This document shows positions 1-13,038 of a stretch of DNA of 64,000 nucleotides, piece by piece (position 1 is the stretch's first letter; the number at the start of each line of letters is the position of its first letter). The position numbers and the translations under genes are program-made. The notes beneath the pieces are model-generated. The model ran no database searches. It was not told where the DNA came from and saw only the letters and a program-made list of their open reading frames with translations. This DNA comes from Lama glama (Eukaryota), in NCBI GenBank assembly GCA_028534125.1, contig CM052818.1:14696001-14760000 (forward strand), in the 5' to 3' direction.

Positions 1-334
1 TCCAGTCACTTAGCCAGGCAGAGGTAAAGCCAGGATTCAAACCCAGGTCTGACTCCAGAGTTTGGTAACTATATATAGATAGAAATGCTATCTTTTGTTT
101 TACAGTAGAAAATTATCAAAATAATTTTCCCAGTGGCTGTTTTTCTCATTTGTATACAAATTTTCTTAGCATGTTTACTAATTTTGATGTTTATTAATGA
201 AAGTTATGACACATCAAAATCAGAAGTACAGTACTAATATGTAATTGCTTATTTTTTTAAAGATTATAAAGATATTATGACCTAATTTCTTCTGAGATCT
301 GAATACCACCCAAAAATGAATGGAAGTAAGATAC

Positions 335-615
335 ATCACTGATGACACATCTACTATTGGTTCACATCCTTTTGCACTGTCACAGCTGAAACATGTTTTC
401 AGGTGTTCAAATGGTGCCAACAAGCTTTCTGCTGTAATTCCAGGAGTAACCAGCAACATTTGGGAGACAGTGCACTTTGTTCAGGAAGGCCAAATAGCAG
501 AGGTCTTTTGGGTGGGGAAGGGATTATGTCACTGTCTAAAAATCCTTGATAAATTTGGCTCCTCAGCAATGGGGAAGAATGCAGAGCCAAGCAGCACATG
601 TGAGGCCCCAAAAAT
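335..615 (-). pseudogene. Relic exon, 281 nt, dead acceptor
   Basis: Long pyrimidine tract ends catcac where catcag is expected. Reads IFGASHVLLGSAFFPIAEEPNLSRIFRQ*HNPFPTQKTSAIWPS*TKCTVSQMLLVTPGITAESLLAPFEHLKTCFSCDSAKGCEPIVDVSSV. Both stops are TGA (529-531, 481-483). Weak donor GTATCT. Confidence 0.55.
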
Positions 616-906
616 GTGATGCAAAGAGAGGGATAAAATAGAAAATTTTCAAGGAAAATGCACAAAGGAAAAGAAAAATAATCATAAAAGAAATTTTCAA
701 TGTTAGTTTCATGTACCCAAAAGAACATTAGTGTGAGACCTAAGATACAATGATTTTTTTTTTCACTTCCAGCTTGTTTTTTAATATAATTTTGGGACTC
801 CTGTGAGGAATTGATTGGAATTTATTACTGTGATTGGAATTTATTACTCATAATGGGAGGGATATAGACTAGAAAGTCTTAAATTTCATTTTAGAGCTTT
901 GATCTT

Positions 907-1006
907 NNNNNNNNNNNNNNNNNNNNNNNNNNNNNNNNNNNNNNNNNNNNNNNNNNNNNNNNNNNNNNNNNNNNNNNNNNNNNNNNNNNNNNNNNNNNNN
1001 NNNNNN
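907..1006. other. Assembly gap (100 N) flanked by a duplicated sequence of about 165 bp
   Basis: 743-906 is repeated at 1010-1174, differing only at a poly-T run. Confidence 0.95.
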
Positions 1007-1239
1007 TTCAGATACAATGATTTTTTTTTTTTACTTCCAGCTTGTTTTTTAATATAATTTTGGGACTCCTGTGAGGAATTGATTGGAATTTATTACTGTG
1101 ATTGGAATTTATTATTCATAATGGGAGGGATATAGACTAGAAAGTCTTAAATTTCATTTTAGAGCTTTGATCTTATTATAGGGAGGCTGTAGATATACAC
1201 CCCTGGGGCTTTCTTATTTAGAAAATGTTTAAACTTAAT

Positions 1240-2770
1240 AAGGTAGAAATAGATGCATACCTTCTCAACTTGATCAAATATACCTCAGTGCTAAAGTGAC
1301 CATCATGCTTATTGGGGCAACAGCAGAAGCATTCCCACTAAAGTCAGGAATAACAAAGGATGTTCACATACCACTACTATGACTTAGCAATACTGGATGT
1401 TAGACAATACAGTTAATAAGAGAAAGAACCAGAAGTACAGTAATTTAAAGAAAGAAAAACTATCACAATCTGTGATCTTTATGGAAAACCTGAGCTATTC
1501 AACTGAAAAAGTATCATAACCAAGCAAATTTAGTAAGGTAGCATGATACAGAATTACATCGATACATTTCAGATGAATGGAATACTACTCAGCCATAAAA
1601 AGAATGAAACAATACCATCTGCAGCAACATGGATGGCCTCAGAGATTATCATACTAAGTGAAGTAAGTCAGACAAAGAAAACTATTGTATGATATCACTT
1701 ATATGTGGAATCTAAAAAAAAATTATATAAATGAACTTATTTATAAAACAGAAAGAGACTCACAGACCTAGAAAACAAACTTATGGTTACCAAAGAGGAA
1801 AGGGTGGGAGGAGGGATAAGAGTTTGGGATTAAAAGATACAAATTATAATTATGTATAACTGAATCACTATGCCATATATCAGAAACTAACAACACTGTA
1901 AATCAACTACAATCAAAAAATACATTTCAGGTAAAAAAACAGCAAGTTAGAAGATGAAATGGGGTAAGATTTCATTTACCATAGTAACAGTATAAGATAA
2001 AATATCTAAGAAAAAACATTAGAAATGTACAAGATTTATGACTACAATTTTAAAGCATTCCTGAAGGATGCAAAGACTCGTACAAAGAGAACAGTGTAAC
2101 AAGTTCTTAAATAGGAAGTCTGAATCTCATAAAGTTGTCTTCCTAAGCTAACTTAGAAATTTATTGTAATTACAGTAACAAGGCCAAAATTTGAGGAAGG
2201 GGTTGGGGAGAGACAAGCAAATTCCAAAATACATTTAGAAAAAGAACGTCAAGGAAGCCTCCAAAAATAAATAGAAATGAAAGGGGCTATTCCTAACACT
2301 TGTAAAGCTACAATAATTAAAAATGTAGTCCTGACACACAAATAAACCAATCAACAGGATGGAACAAGAGATCTAGAAATACATCCCAGGGCAAACAGAA
2401 TTTGGTATAGGATAAACATGGCTTCTGAAATCAGTGAGGAAAAGATAGACAACATAAGATACTGTCTTTAGACAACTGGAGCTACATTTTAATAAAATTA
2501 AGCCTTATGCTGTGTACCAGGTGAATTCCAAAGGAGCAAAGATTCAAATTTTAAAAATATAAAATCACAAAAATACTCTACACAAAAGAGAATGTATTAA
2601 CTTGTATTAACTCTTATTTAAAATCCAGAGGGATAATGAGAAATATTGATAAATACACCTACCTGGAAAAATTTTTTTAATCTGCATGGTAAAACAAAAA
2701 ATTCCATAAGAAAGTCAAAAGAAGAATCACAAACTGGGAAGGAATACATAAATTCATAATAAGCAGATTT
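1240..2770 (+). mobile_element. Old L1 ORF2 remnant
   Basis: L1-like phrases (agaagcattcccactaaagtcaggaa; aaagctacaataattaaaa; aaaagtcaaaagaagaatcacaaactggga). Confidence 0.75.
1573..1919 (+). mobile_element. Younger 5'-truncated L1 3' end nested in the old L1
   Basis: aatggaatactactcagccataaaaagaatg...; TSD atacatttcag at 1562-1572 and 1920-1930. Confidence 0.9.
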
Positions 2771-2858
2771 TTAGAATGGTGAGAAAGGAAGTATACTAAA
2801 GGGTTGCAAATCACTGATCCAAGGATTTGCCAAAGAAGGATGCTAACTTCAGATTATA

Positions 2859-3365
2859 CAGTTGGCTGTCTGTATCCACGGTTCCACATCCGAAGATTCA
2901 AACAACTACAGATTGAACATTTTTTAATTCCAGAAAGTTCCAAAAAGCAAAATTTGAATTTGCCATGTGCCAGCATTTATTTACACAGCATTTACATTGT
3001 ATTAGGTACAACAGGAATTATAGGTATTACAAGTAATCTAGAAATGACCTGGGGAGAGGGTATAGCTCAAGTGGTAGAGCACATGCTTAGCATGCACAAC
3101 AAGGTCCTTGGTTCAATTTCCAGTACTGCCTCCAAAAATAAATAAACCTAATTATCTAACCCCCCAAAAATCCTAAAAAATGTCACCTAGAAAATGCAAA
3201 GAAAAAAGTAATAGAAATGATCTAAAGTATATAAGAGGATGTGCATAGATTATATGCAAATATACACCCTTTTATGTAAGTGCTTTGAGCATCCTCTGAT
3301 TTTGGTATCCACGGCGCCCAGTGGTGTCCTGGAACCAATCCCACACAGATACAGAGGGATGACTG
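2859..3365. mobile_element. Tigger/MER2-type DNA transposon (TcMar)
   Basis: TA target sites; inverted termini cagttggctgtctgtatc ... gatacagagggatgactg. Confidence 0.85.
3051..3205 (+). mobile_element. tRNA-Ala(AGC)-derived SINE, camelid-like, nested in the Tigger element
   Basis: gggtatagctcaagtggtagagcacatgcttagcatgcac...ggttcaatttccagtac with A and B boxes and an A-rich tail. Imperfect TSD aagtaa(tc)tagaaatga(c/t)ct. Confidence 0.85.
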
Positions 3366-3375
3366 TATATTTTAC

Positions 3376-3741
3376 CTCAAGTGCCAAGTCGAATATAATC
3401 CTATTTTCCATTTTAATGCAGGAAACCAATCACTGCACCACCACTGGGGCAAAATGAGTAATACAAACCTGCAGTTGCCTCAGGAACATCAGTAATAGGC
3501 AAGGTCACCTCAAGATTACTAAATTCTGTAAGCATATTCTATTCACCAAGCCTCGTGGTTTCGTCATGTGTGATGCTATTCCGTAACTGCTATAGACTGC
3601 AGTGACTGCACTGTGAAAATCATTTCCGTAGTGGCATCCACTGGTTTGCACAGATTAACTCATATGTTAGGAACACTGTAAACCTGCCGTTGCCTTCACC
3701 AAGTGTGCAGTACAGTCATGGAGTCTGCACTTTCATTAGGC
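3376..3741 (-). pseudogene. Relic exon, 366 nt (alternative donor at 3469), frameshifted
   Basis: Acceptor tgtgtttataacag; donors GAG|GTAAAA or CAG|GTTTGT. Begins in phase 2 as PNESADSMTVLHTW*RQRQVYSVPNI*VNLCKPVDATTEMIFTVQSLQSIAVTE and ends in phase 0 as ...MENRIIFDLALE. Confidence 0.45.
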
Positions 3742-3909
3742 CTGTTATAAACACATAGGTAATTCCTCTCATATACTATTATTTCATCTGAAATATATTC
3801 ATACTCAACAGCACATACATTTGAGGAATAAATCTGGTACTATGGAATATGATTTTATCTCTTGAACAAAAACTTTATTTGATCATTCAGAAAAAGAATA
3901 TGATTACTA

Positions 3910-4035
3910 TCTTGTAATAACCTTTAATGAAAAAGAATATGAAACTGAATATATGTATGTGCGTGTATGACTGGGACATGCTGTACACCAGAGACTGACA
4001 CACTGTAACTGACTATACTTCAATTAAAAAAAAAA
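3910..4035 (+). mobile_element. Short young L1 3' tail
   Basis: tcttgtaataacctttaatgaaaaagaatatg...actgactatacttcaattaaaa; imperfect TSD aatatga(t/c)tacta. Confidence 0.8.
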
Positions 4036-4363
4036 ATATGACTACTACTGCTTCTCCTGACACAGGTAAATCTCTATCTCAGAGGGAGGAAAAAAAAAAA
4101 CCCGCTAAACTTTTTTGTAATCTTTCCGTTTGACTACAGATAGAAACAACACAATAACATGAGAGGTTTCAATTAAAGAAACTTAAAGGAAAGCCCAGGG
4201 TTACTGCACCTTGAATCTTTTCAGGTAATTTTTAAGTTAGGCCTACTTCTTGTGCACCTGAGAACATACCTGAAATCATTTTATTAATAGAAGTTTTCTT
4301 TTTTAGGTTCAGTATCACACTTAAAAAGCAGCTGGAAATTTTAGAAACAGTCCAAGAACATAC

Positions 4364-4458
4364 TTGCTATTTCCATGGAAATCTGGATAAGGGTCAGCTG
4401 GCATATGTCATAAATAGTTTCCCATGATGCCAAAATTAGAGATTATTTCAACTAATAA
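4364..4458 (-). pseudogene. Relic exon, 95 nt, phase 0>2
   Basis: Weak acceptor aatcaatacag, donor CAA|GTATGT. Reads LLVEIISNFGIMGNYL*HMPADPYPDFHGNS (stop is TGA). Confidence 0.5.
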
Positions 4459-4693
4459 CTGTATTGATTTAATTAAAATGTTTTCATTTGCAGGCATTTG
4501 GGGGAGGGGAGAGGGGTGCTCCACTCTGGTACTCCTTGCTCCAAGAGTGCAAAGAATATATTCTCAGACCATGTCTGTGGCACTCGCTCTCCAGCTAGCC
4601 AAAGGAAGAGAAAAAAACAAAAATACAGGCTACCGGGTTGAAAGTGACGGCTTTACCAAAAAATAAAAACAAAAAGGTATAAGGCCTCTTTAC

Positions 4694-4748
4694 CTCAGTG
4701 AGAACAGAAATTCATCCCCTCAGCCTAAATGTTTTCTTTCCAGAATCA
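4694..4748 (-). pseudogene. Relic exon, 55 nt, phase 2>0
   Basis: Acceptor actttattttag, donor GAG|GTAAAG. Reads DSGKKTFRLRG*ISVLTE (stop is TGA). Confidence 0.5.
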
Positions 4749-5233
4749 CTAAAATAAAGTGCTAGTTCTGGGTCCCATGTCAAAGGTGAAAGGGATTTTA
4801 TTTTGCAGCCTAAGCTACTGAAGCTGAAAAACACAGTCAAGGTCAGGCTGTTTGGTAATAAAAGCTCTAGGTCTAGCCCTCGGGTTTTCTGACTCCTACA
4901 TTATTGTGTTCCTCAGCCTGTTTGCTGGAGAAGAGCTCATCTCAGATGCTCATCTAAAGTGCACCCTTTGTAACAGAAGCCTCAGTCTCAGGAATTTTCA
5001 CTCATTATGGGTATGAGGAGGCAGGGAATGCTGCAACAACCAACTTCTGAGGACCCATAAAAATGGGAAAACTCAAAGTTGAAGAATGAGAAAGGTACTG
5101 ATTTATGTCTTTAGGTGTGATCCAGGATTTCTGATTAGAGACAACATTTCCAGTTATTAGTCAGAAAAAGAAACATCTCTAAAGTGGAGAAGCAGAGTGA
5201 GTTCTCCAGGCCACAGAAGTGTTTAAGTGTTAC

Positions 5234-5312
5234 TTTTCGGTAAAAGGCCATTTTCTTTTATGATTGATTCTCTGCTTGCCAAGGAGGTTTCAGTACAAGT
5301 GCGGACTGATGC
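5234..5312 (-). pseudogene. Possible relic exon, 79 nt
   Basis: Acceptor cctcattcag, donor AAA|GTAACA. Phase 1>2 gives ISPHLY*NLLGKQRINHKRKWPFTE (stop is TGA); the phase-0 frame is open. Confidence 0.35.
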
Positions 5313-6280
5313 CTGAATGAGGTGTATTTTCCCTCATTAATTAGTAAACTGATTTATCCCTTTCTTCTTAAAGGATTGTGACTTCATTCCTCACCTAAAA
5401 TTTAGTTTCTAAAAGTGCAATGCTGAGATACGGCGATACTCCCCACCCCCACCCCATTGAGGGGCGCCCTCAGTCCCGCCTGCCTTCAGTGCAGTAACCC
5501 CAGGTCCCTCTCAACCATCCCCTTGGTCACTTGGGTAGGAACACACCTTTAACTTCCTCCTGAGAAGAAATTCCCACCGCTAATGACAGAACTGTCAGCC
5601 CCTGGACCACTGGGGTTGCACTTCCTTCTAGGGAACACTCTTAATTTTTAATTGGTGAGTGTATGTACAATCTTTGATATAAATATTTAAATTTAGGCAT
5701 AGTTCTCCCAAGAGAAGAATTCTAAAAATATACAAATTCATATGTGAATATATGACATTTAGAAATATTTACCAGTTTCTTCTTCCCTATTCCACCATGA
5801 AAACAGCTTTTTGGCTTTCTGGTGAGCCATGACTAAGCTCCTCTATTTAGAACTTGTCTGCCATCCCACCTTCTCAGGTCACCATGGGTGGTCAAGTCAG
5901 AATCACATTAAATTTTAGCTCAGCTGTGATAATGCTGTGCCCTTTCTACCCTTGGTGGCTTAGACAACCCCCTGGAGTTTCTTAGTCATTAAGAGCTCAG
6001 TGCTTCCAAAGGGGACATATGGCACAGCCCCAGATACTCCTCTAGATCATATAAGATGCTTAACAATCCTATTTCAGGAGTGAGGAACAGGAGAGGCAGT
6101 GGGGTGGTGGATGCTTTCCTCCTCAACTTTTCTAAGAAGCTCTTATTTACCCTGTTAGTTTCATTCTAGACTAGAAAGTACATGGGCGGTGGGGGCGGGG
6201 GGACTGAGTTGATGGCTCTGTCAGTTCCATTTCTGTTTTGAAGCTGGCTGAAAGCCCAAGACAGGGACCACTCTTGCTCT

Positions 6281-6780
6281 NNNNNNNNNNNNNNNNNNNN
6301 NNNNNNNNNNNNNNNNNNNNNNNNNNNNNNNNNNNNNNNNNNNNNNNNNNNNNNNNNNNNNNNNNNNNNNNNNNNNNNNNNNNNNNNNNNNNNNNNNNNN
6401 NNNNNNNNNNNNNNNNNNNNNNNNNNNNNNNNNNNNNNNNNNNNNNNNNNNNNNNNNNNNNNNNNNNNNNNNNNNNNNNNNNNNNNNNNNNNNNNNNNNN
6501 NNNNNNNNNNNNNNNNNNNNNNNNNNNNNNNNNNNNNNNNNNNNNNNNNNNNNNNNNNNNNNNNNNNNNNNNNNNNNNNNNNNNNNNNNNNNNNNNNNNN
6601 NNNNNNNNNNNNNNNNNNNNNNNNNNNNNNNNNNNNNNNNNNNNNNNNNNNNNNNNNNNNNNNNNNNNNNNNNNNNNNNNNNNNNNNNNNNNNNNNNNNN
6701 NNNNNNNNNNNNNNNNNNNNNNNNNNNNNNNNNNNNNNNNNNNNNNNNNNNNNNNNNNNNNNNNNNNNNNNNNNNNNNNN
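6281..6780. other. Assembly gap (500 N)
   Basis: Run of N. Confidence 1.
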
Positions 6781-6994
6781 TTAATTTAAACTAATGAAAG
6801 AAATACTTTGAAACATATTAATGTTTCATTTTGCTCTTCTATGTAACAATGATGGAAAGAAATGTGATCAATGATACTATCTTTACATACAAAAGAGCAA
6901 AATATAGATAAAATTAAAATCCTTGCTTAATTTCTTCTTGTCTGCTTTCTTCACTTTCTATGGGGAATTCTGTCTTCCCATATCCATTATCTAT

Positions 6995-7490
6995 TAATCA
7001 TTCATTCATCCCACAAGTATTTACTGAGCCCCTAACTCTACTCCAGACACTATTCCAGAGATTGGGATATACCTGAGAACAAAATCTCTCTCATGGAGTT
7101 TATGTACTAATGTAGGCAGACAGAATAAGCAAATACATATTAAACATACAATGTGTCATACTGTAGTAAGTGCTATGAAGAAACAAACCTGGTAAAGGGT
7201 TAGAGTACAATGTAGGAGAGGGAAAACCTGGGTAGTAATTTTGAAAACATGATCAGGGAAAACCTCTCTGAAAAGACCACATTTAAGCAGTGACTAAATC
7301 ATGTACAGAAATGAGTCTTGGACATGTCTGGAAAACAGTGTTCCAAGCTAAGGAAGCAACATTTTCAAAAGTCCTGAGACAGCAGCATACTTGGCTTGTT
7401 AGAAAGACAGCAAGACAGTTAGAAACAAGTGAACAAGACAGAGTGTGGCAGGGGATAGGGCTAATAGGTTGCCAGGAATCCATGAAGGTG
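6995..7490 (-). mobile_element. L2 LINE 3' fragment
   Basis: cattcattcatcccacaagtatttactgagc... is the reverse complement of the L2 3' end. Confidence 0.75.
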
Positions 7491-7529
7491 TGACCAGAAA
7501 GTGAGTGAGGAAGGCCCCTGAAGTGGGTG

Positions 7530-10500
7530 GTTGGGGGAGAGAATGAGAAAGAAGCAATATTTGAGAAGATAATGGCTGAGATTTTCCCCAAATTGATGAA
7601 AGTCATAGACTCCAGTAGTTCTCTAAGCCTAAAGTAAGATAAATTTTTTGAAAAGCACACTGTGGCACATCATAGTAAAAATGTTGAAAATTAAAGAGAG
7701 ACTATTAAAAGAAAACAGAGGGGAAAAAGAGATTAACTTCAAAGGAACAAATATTAGACTGATAGCTGATTTCTCAGAAGAATCAAAGGAACCCAGAAGC
7801 TGGAAACCTAGGATTAACTACAAGTTACCCTTCAGTAATAAATTGGAAAAAAGACATTTTCAAGGGGTTGGGGGAAGTAGAAATTTTTCACTAACAACTT
7901 ACTTTAAAGAAAATACTAAAGAGTGTATTCAGCTCCCAGATGGGAGCTCAAAGATGCAGAAGGAGTAAAGAACAGTGAAAAGGACAAATACGGATAGATC
8001 TAAATGAATTTTAACTGAATATATCATACTTATAATAATATATTAGGGTATTTTAAGTATATAATAAAATATTAGGGGATTTTGTACATAAAATGAGAAT
8101 GCATATTTGTATCAAAACATATAAACCATATTTGTATCAAACAAAGGAGACTTTAAGGCAAAAACCATTACTAGAAATAGGTACTTCAAATGATAAATGT
8201 TTAAGTACTTGAGTAAAAAGATAATGATTATCCATTTTTATGTACCTAATAACATAGTCCAAAATCATATATTAAACAAATATGGACAAAAAATAGACAA
8301 ATAAAAATACAGATTTTTTAAACATACCTTTTTCAGATACATGACATAAAATAATTTATAAGGATTTACAAGATTTGAAAAACACAATTTATATATTTGA
8401 CCTAATAGTCACACATACATCACTGTACCCCAAAACTGCAGAATACCCATTGCTTTTAAATATATATGGGCCACAGCAATCCCACTCCTGGGCATATATA
8501 CAGAGAAAACTCTAATTCAAAAAGATACACACACCCCAATGTTCATAGCAGCACTATTTACAATAGCCAAGACATGGAAGCAATTTAAATGTCCATTGAC
8601 AGATGATTAGATAAAAGATGTGGTACATATACACAATGGAATACTACTCAGCCATAAAAAGAATAAAATGATATTTGCAGCAACATGGATGGATCTAGAG
8701 ATTATCATATTAAGTGAAGTAAGTCAGAAAAAGACAAATATCATATGATATCACTTATATGTGGAATCTAAATAAAAATGATAAGAATTCTATTTACAAA
8801 CCAAAAACAGACTCACTGACATAGAAAACAAACTATGGTTACCAAAGGAGAAAGGACGGGAGAGGGATAAATTAGGAATTTGGGATTAACAGATACACAT
8901 TACTGTATATAAAACAGATAAACAAGGACCTACTGTATAGCACAGGGAACTATATTTAACTTCTTATAATAACAATTGAAAAGAATCTGAAAAGAAAATA
9001 TATATGTATGTGTAACTGAATCATTTTGCTGTACACCTGAAACTAACATTGTAAATCAGCTACACTTAAATAAAAAATAAAAATTTAAAATATATTAATA
9101 AATTTAAAAGGTGTGGTATATATACAATGGAATACTACTCAGCCATAAAAAGAATGAAATAATGCTATTTGCAGCAACATGGATGATTATCATACTAAGT
9201 GAAGTCAGTCGGAGAAAGACAAGTATCACTTGTATGTATAATCTCAAAAATGATACAAATGAACTTATTTACAAAACAGAAACAGACTCACAGACATAGA
9301 AAACAAACTTATGGTTACCACAGGGTAAAGGGTGGGGGAGTGATAAAGTAAACATATATATACTACCATATATAAAATAGATAAATGACAAGGTCATACT
9401 GTAAAGCACAGGGAACTACATTCAGTATCTTGTGATAACTTATAATGGAAAAGAATACAATAGCCAAAGATAGATATAGATATAGATATGTGTGTATACA
9501 TATATATCTCACTATGCTGTACACCAGAAAATAACACATTGTAAATCAACTATATACTTCAATTTAAAAATAAATAAATAAATAAATAATCTCCCCCTCA
9601 AAAAAAATACATAGATCATTATAAAATCAACCATATTTGAAAGCAAACTGCCACAAATTCCAACAAATCCAATTCATACAAAGTAAATTCTTTGACTACT
9701 TAGGAATTAGACTAGAAGTCAATTTAAAAAAATGCTTAGAAAATCTATAATGCTTGTAAATTAAGAAATACACTTCCCAAAAAAACCAATGAGTCAAAGA
9801 AATCACAATGAAAACTAAACATATTTTGAAGTGAATGTTCATAAAAATGAGATGCATTAAGCTCATTTTAAAAAGAAAATTTTTGTCCCCAAATACATGT
9901 ATTAGAGAAGAAAAGCTGAAAGGCAATGAGTTAAACGTCCATAATAAAAGGTTATAAAAAGAACAACTTAAGTCTAAGGAAAATAGGAGGATAGAAATAA
10001 AAAGATAAAAAACAGCAATAAATAAAATAGAAAACAAACATACAATAGAGAAGATCAAAGATAAAACTTGGTTCTTTGAAATGACACTTAAGTTTATAAA
10101 CCCCCCATGGAGAATAATGAAGAAATACAGAGGGTAAGCTTAAATAATCAATATCAGGAATAAAAGAGGGGACATCATTATAGAGCCTACAGATATTTAA
10201 AAGTATGTTATGAACAACTTATGATCAGTAAATTGTATATTTGTTAAAAATCATCAAGCTTTATGCCTAATATTACATTACTGTGTTGATATTTTTCAAT
10301 AGAGATCAAGAAAATATGCATCTTACAAAACCTGACAGCACAAGAAGAAACAAAATGTGAACAGTTCTGTATCTATTTTTTTTAATCAAATCAATAATTA
10401 AAAACCTTCCTACAGTGGAAACTGTAGGTGATGTTGGTTTCACTGGTTGTCTTAAACCAAATTCTTAATTAAAAAAGTTACAGCTTACACAAATTCTTTC

Positions 10501-11295
10501 AGAGAATAGAAAAGAGAATGAAAAACACCCTCCAGCTCATTTACGAATCCAGCATCACTTGGATACTGAAGTATGACAAGGGCATTAGTAGGAAGAAAAA
10601 CTACAGTCCAGTCACGTTTATAAACATACATGCAAGAATCCTAAGCAAGATGTTAAATAAATGAATACAGAAATATGTAACAAAGAGAGCTAACACATAA
10701 TGATTATATTTGGTTTATTGCAGAAATGGAAGGTTACTTTAACATTCAAAAATGCAATCGGTAATGCAACTAATCTATAGTGACAGAAGATAGATCCATG
10801 GTTGCCTGGGGGCCTGCGTGGAGGGATGGGTAAAATGAAAGGGACTGGTGAGAGGGATTACACGGGGGCATGTGGAAACTTTTGGAGGGGAGTGATAAAT
10901 ATGTTCATTCTTTGGATTTCAGTGATGGTTTCACAAAAATATACATATGTGAAAAAAGTATATATTAGAAATATGTGCAGTTTATTATATGCTATTATAC
11001 CTCATTAAAGGTTTTAAAATTTATCAGTATAATTTATCACATTAACAGAATAAAGAAAGAATTCACATGAACATCTCAGCAGATTCAGAAAAAACTTCTA
11101 ATAAAAGTCTATTTTCATTCATGATTTTAAAAACTAACTTAGCTAACTGTGAAGGAAATTTTCTTAAACTGATAAAGAATACCTTTAAAAAAAATATATA
11201 TATATATAGCAAAATACCATGACTCAAGGTAAAATGTTGAAAGCTTTCCATGTGAGATTGGAAACAAGACAAAGATGTCTTCCCAGTACCACTTC
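7530..11295 (+). mobile_element. Old L1 (ORF1/ORF2 remnants) containing two head-to-tail young L1 3' ends (about 8470-9090 and 9110-9590)
   Basis: ORF1-like gaagcaatatttgagaagataatggctgagattttcccc; cagcaatcccactcctgggcatata; repeated 3' UTR blocks with A-rich tails. Confidence 0.85.
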
Positions 11296-11329
11296 ACCTC
11301 CTGCTCTATCATGCCCCTCCTTGATTTGG

Positions 11330-11765
11330 GCAACAATGACTACAATTTCTGGCGTAGGTTTAAACTAAGCAGATTAGCATTATTCCTCCTGTCCAGTGAC
11401 TGAATCAAGGAAGGGCAGGGATAAGCCTGTCAATGCATTCCAACACCCCCAGCCCCAGTGATTATGTCAAATGCAACACAAGATCGAAATTGATCCAAAG
11501 GAAGGTCAGAGGTTTATCTGGAAGAATAGAAGCTCTCCAATTCCCATGGAAGTACAGCATAAAAAGATGTCATGTCAGTAACTGCTGTGGCCATTTCTAA
11601 TACAGTAAGAGGAGCCAGGGAGGAAGACAGAGTGAAGACAACCATAGAGGAATAGAGCCCAGTGAAGAATTATTCAGTTGTGTATGTGAAAATAACTCCA
11701 TTTTTTTTTGAGCCAGATCAGTTCTCATTCTCTATTGTTTGCATCCCAAAGACTCCTAACCAATA
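11330..11765 (+). mobile_element. MaLR (MLT1-type) LTR
   Basis: Ends ...tgtttgcatcccaaagactcctaaccaata, resembling the MLT1 3' terminus. Confidence 0.55.
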
Positions 11766-12829
11766 ATAAGAGTTTGGGTGCATAAAGTAATTAGTGCAAA
11801 GTTTGCATAGAATAAGGCAGATAGAAGTAAAAAGAATACATGTTCTAAAACAAAACACACAGGTCAAAGTTGTGGCAGAAAGTCAGAGACCAAAAGTTTC
11901 CTGAAAGGATTATTATTATGATTAAATGAAATAATATATCACTTAGTATGGTACTGGATACACACCAAGTTGTCATCTTTAATGGCAGATAGCAATAGCT
12001 AATGGTGCAGCAGGCTGCGTGGAGTGCCCAGGAAGGCAGGAGACAGTCTTTTATATCAAAAGCAATTTCTTATAATTTGAAATTATATAACCCTAGAGTG
12101 GATAATCTTAAAGTTCGGGTGCCAATGAGTGGTATCACTAAGCTTCTACTGAAAGCCTGCATTTGCTACTTTATGTACATTTGCTTTTTCATAAGGATTC
12201 TGGAAGATAGGTATCATTGCCAACTGACATCAGAACAAACTCAGAGGTGAACTGACTTAGCAGCTCCTTAAACTGTGATGCCTGCATTTAGCACAGGTCC
12301 CAACTCAAACCCACGCTCATTCTTCATCTCAGGCCAACCCCTTAAGGTAAGATGAGACTCAAAAAAGCGTATGAATTGTATCAATTTAGAGAATTTATGT
12401 AACAAAGTAATTGCATTCCCTGGATGCACTCTGTATTTTAGCATTTTTTTCTTTTATACATCTCAGACCCATTTCATAACAAAGCTATTTACTGGACAGA
12501 ACATGACAAATGCATGGATTAAGCAAGAGAAATATTTTGGGGTAGAACCAACCCTAGGTTATGCCAGTCATCAGGAAAACAGCTTCCTAGCACAAATGAA
12601 ACTAAACTGGGTTCTTAAAAATATTTTGGAAGAAATTTTAACAGCGCTGACAACTAGATCTAGGCCATTATATGCTTTAGAAAGAACAGATAATTGTACA
12701 GTTTTTAGAGCTGTTGTAAGGTAAAATATGGAGGCAGCTGGATAAACACTACTTGATTTTTATTTTTTTCTTCCACAGAATAGAGGATGGGACTGGCAAA
12801 TGAAAACTCTTTAAATGATTTTCCAAAGT

Positions 12830-13038
12830 ACTATTATCTTGAATTGAACGTTCACTCTATCTTTTAAGGATACAAATCAAGAGCTCCCCAAATCATCCAC
12901 ATTCTCCAAAGGTTAGACAACAGCATGAACAAGTGATATGAATAATTAAAAAAGTTTCATATCTAATCATTCTTCCTAATAACCTCCCAAATGGCTTAGC
13001 AAACTCTACAATCAATATGTTACATAACATACCGTGTT
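12830..13038 (-). pseudogene. Possible relic exon, phase 1 start, 3' end undetermined
   Basis: Long pyrimidine tract followed by aag. Gives 47 open codons starting (E)HGMLCNILIVEFAKPFGRLLGRMIRYETF. No clear donor. Confidence 0.35.

Noticed and set aside
320..619. 99-aa plus-strand ORF
   Set aside because: It is the antisense shadow of the minus-strand relic exon 335-615 and has no independent support.
743..1174. Apparent tandem duplication of about 165 bp
   Set aside because: The copies flank a 100-N gap and differ only at a homopolymer, typical of an unmerged contig overlap.
3051..3135. tRNA-Ala gene
   Set aside because: It has indels and mismatches relative to a tRNA, an A-rich SINE tail and a TSD, and no T-run terminator, so it is a SINE.
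5454..5467. CTCF-like ccattgaggggcgc
   Set aside because: Several mismatches at high-information core positions.
6238..6789. 183-aa ORF (and the ORFs at 39481-40104 and 39540-40100)
   Set aside because: They are artefacts of translating through N gaps.
12371..12724. 117-aa plus-strand ORF, or an additional minus-strand exon near 12460-12675
   Set aside because: No recognisable product; the minus frame has four stops and no convincing phase link.
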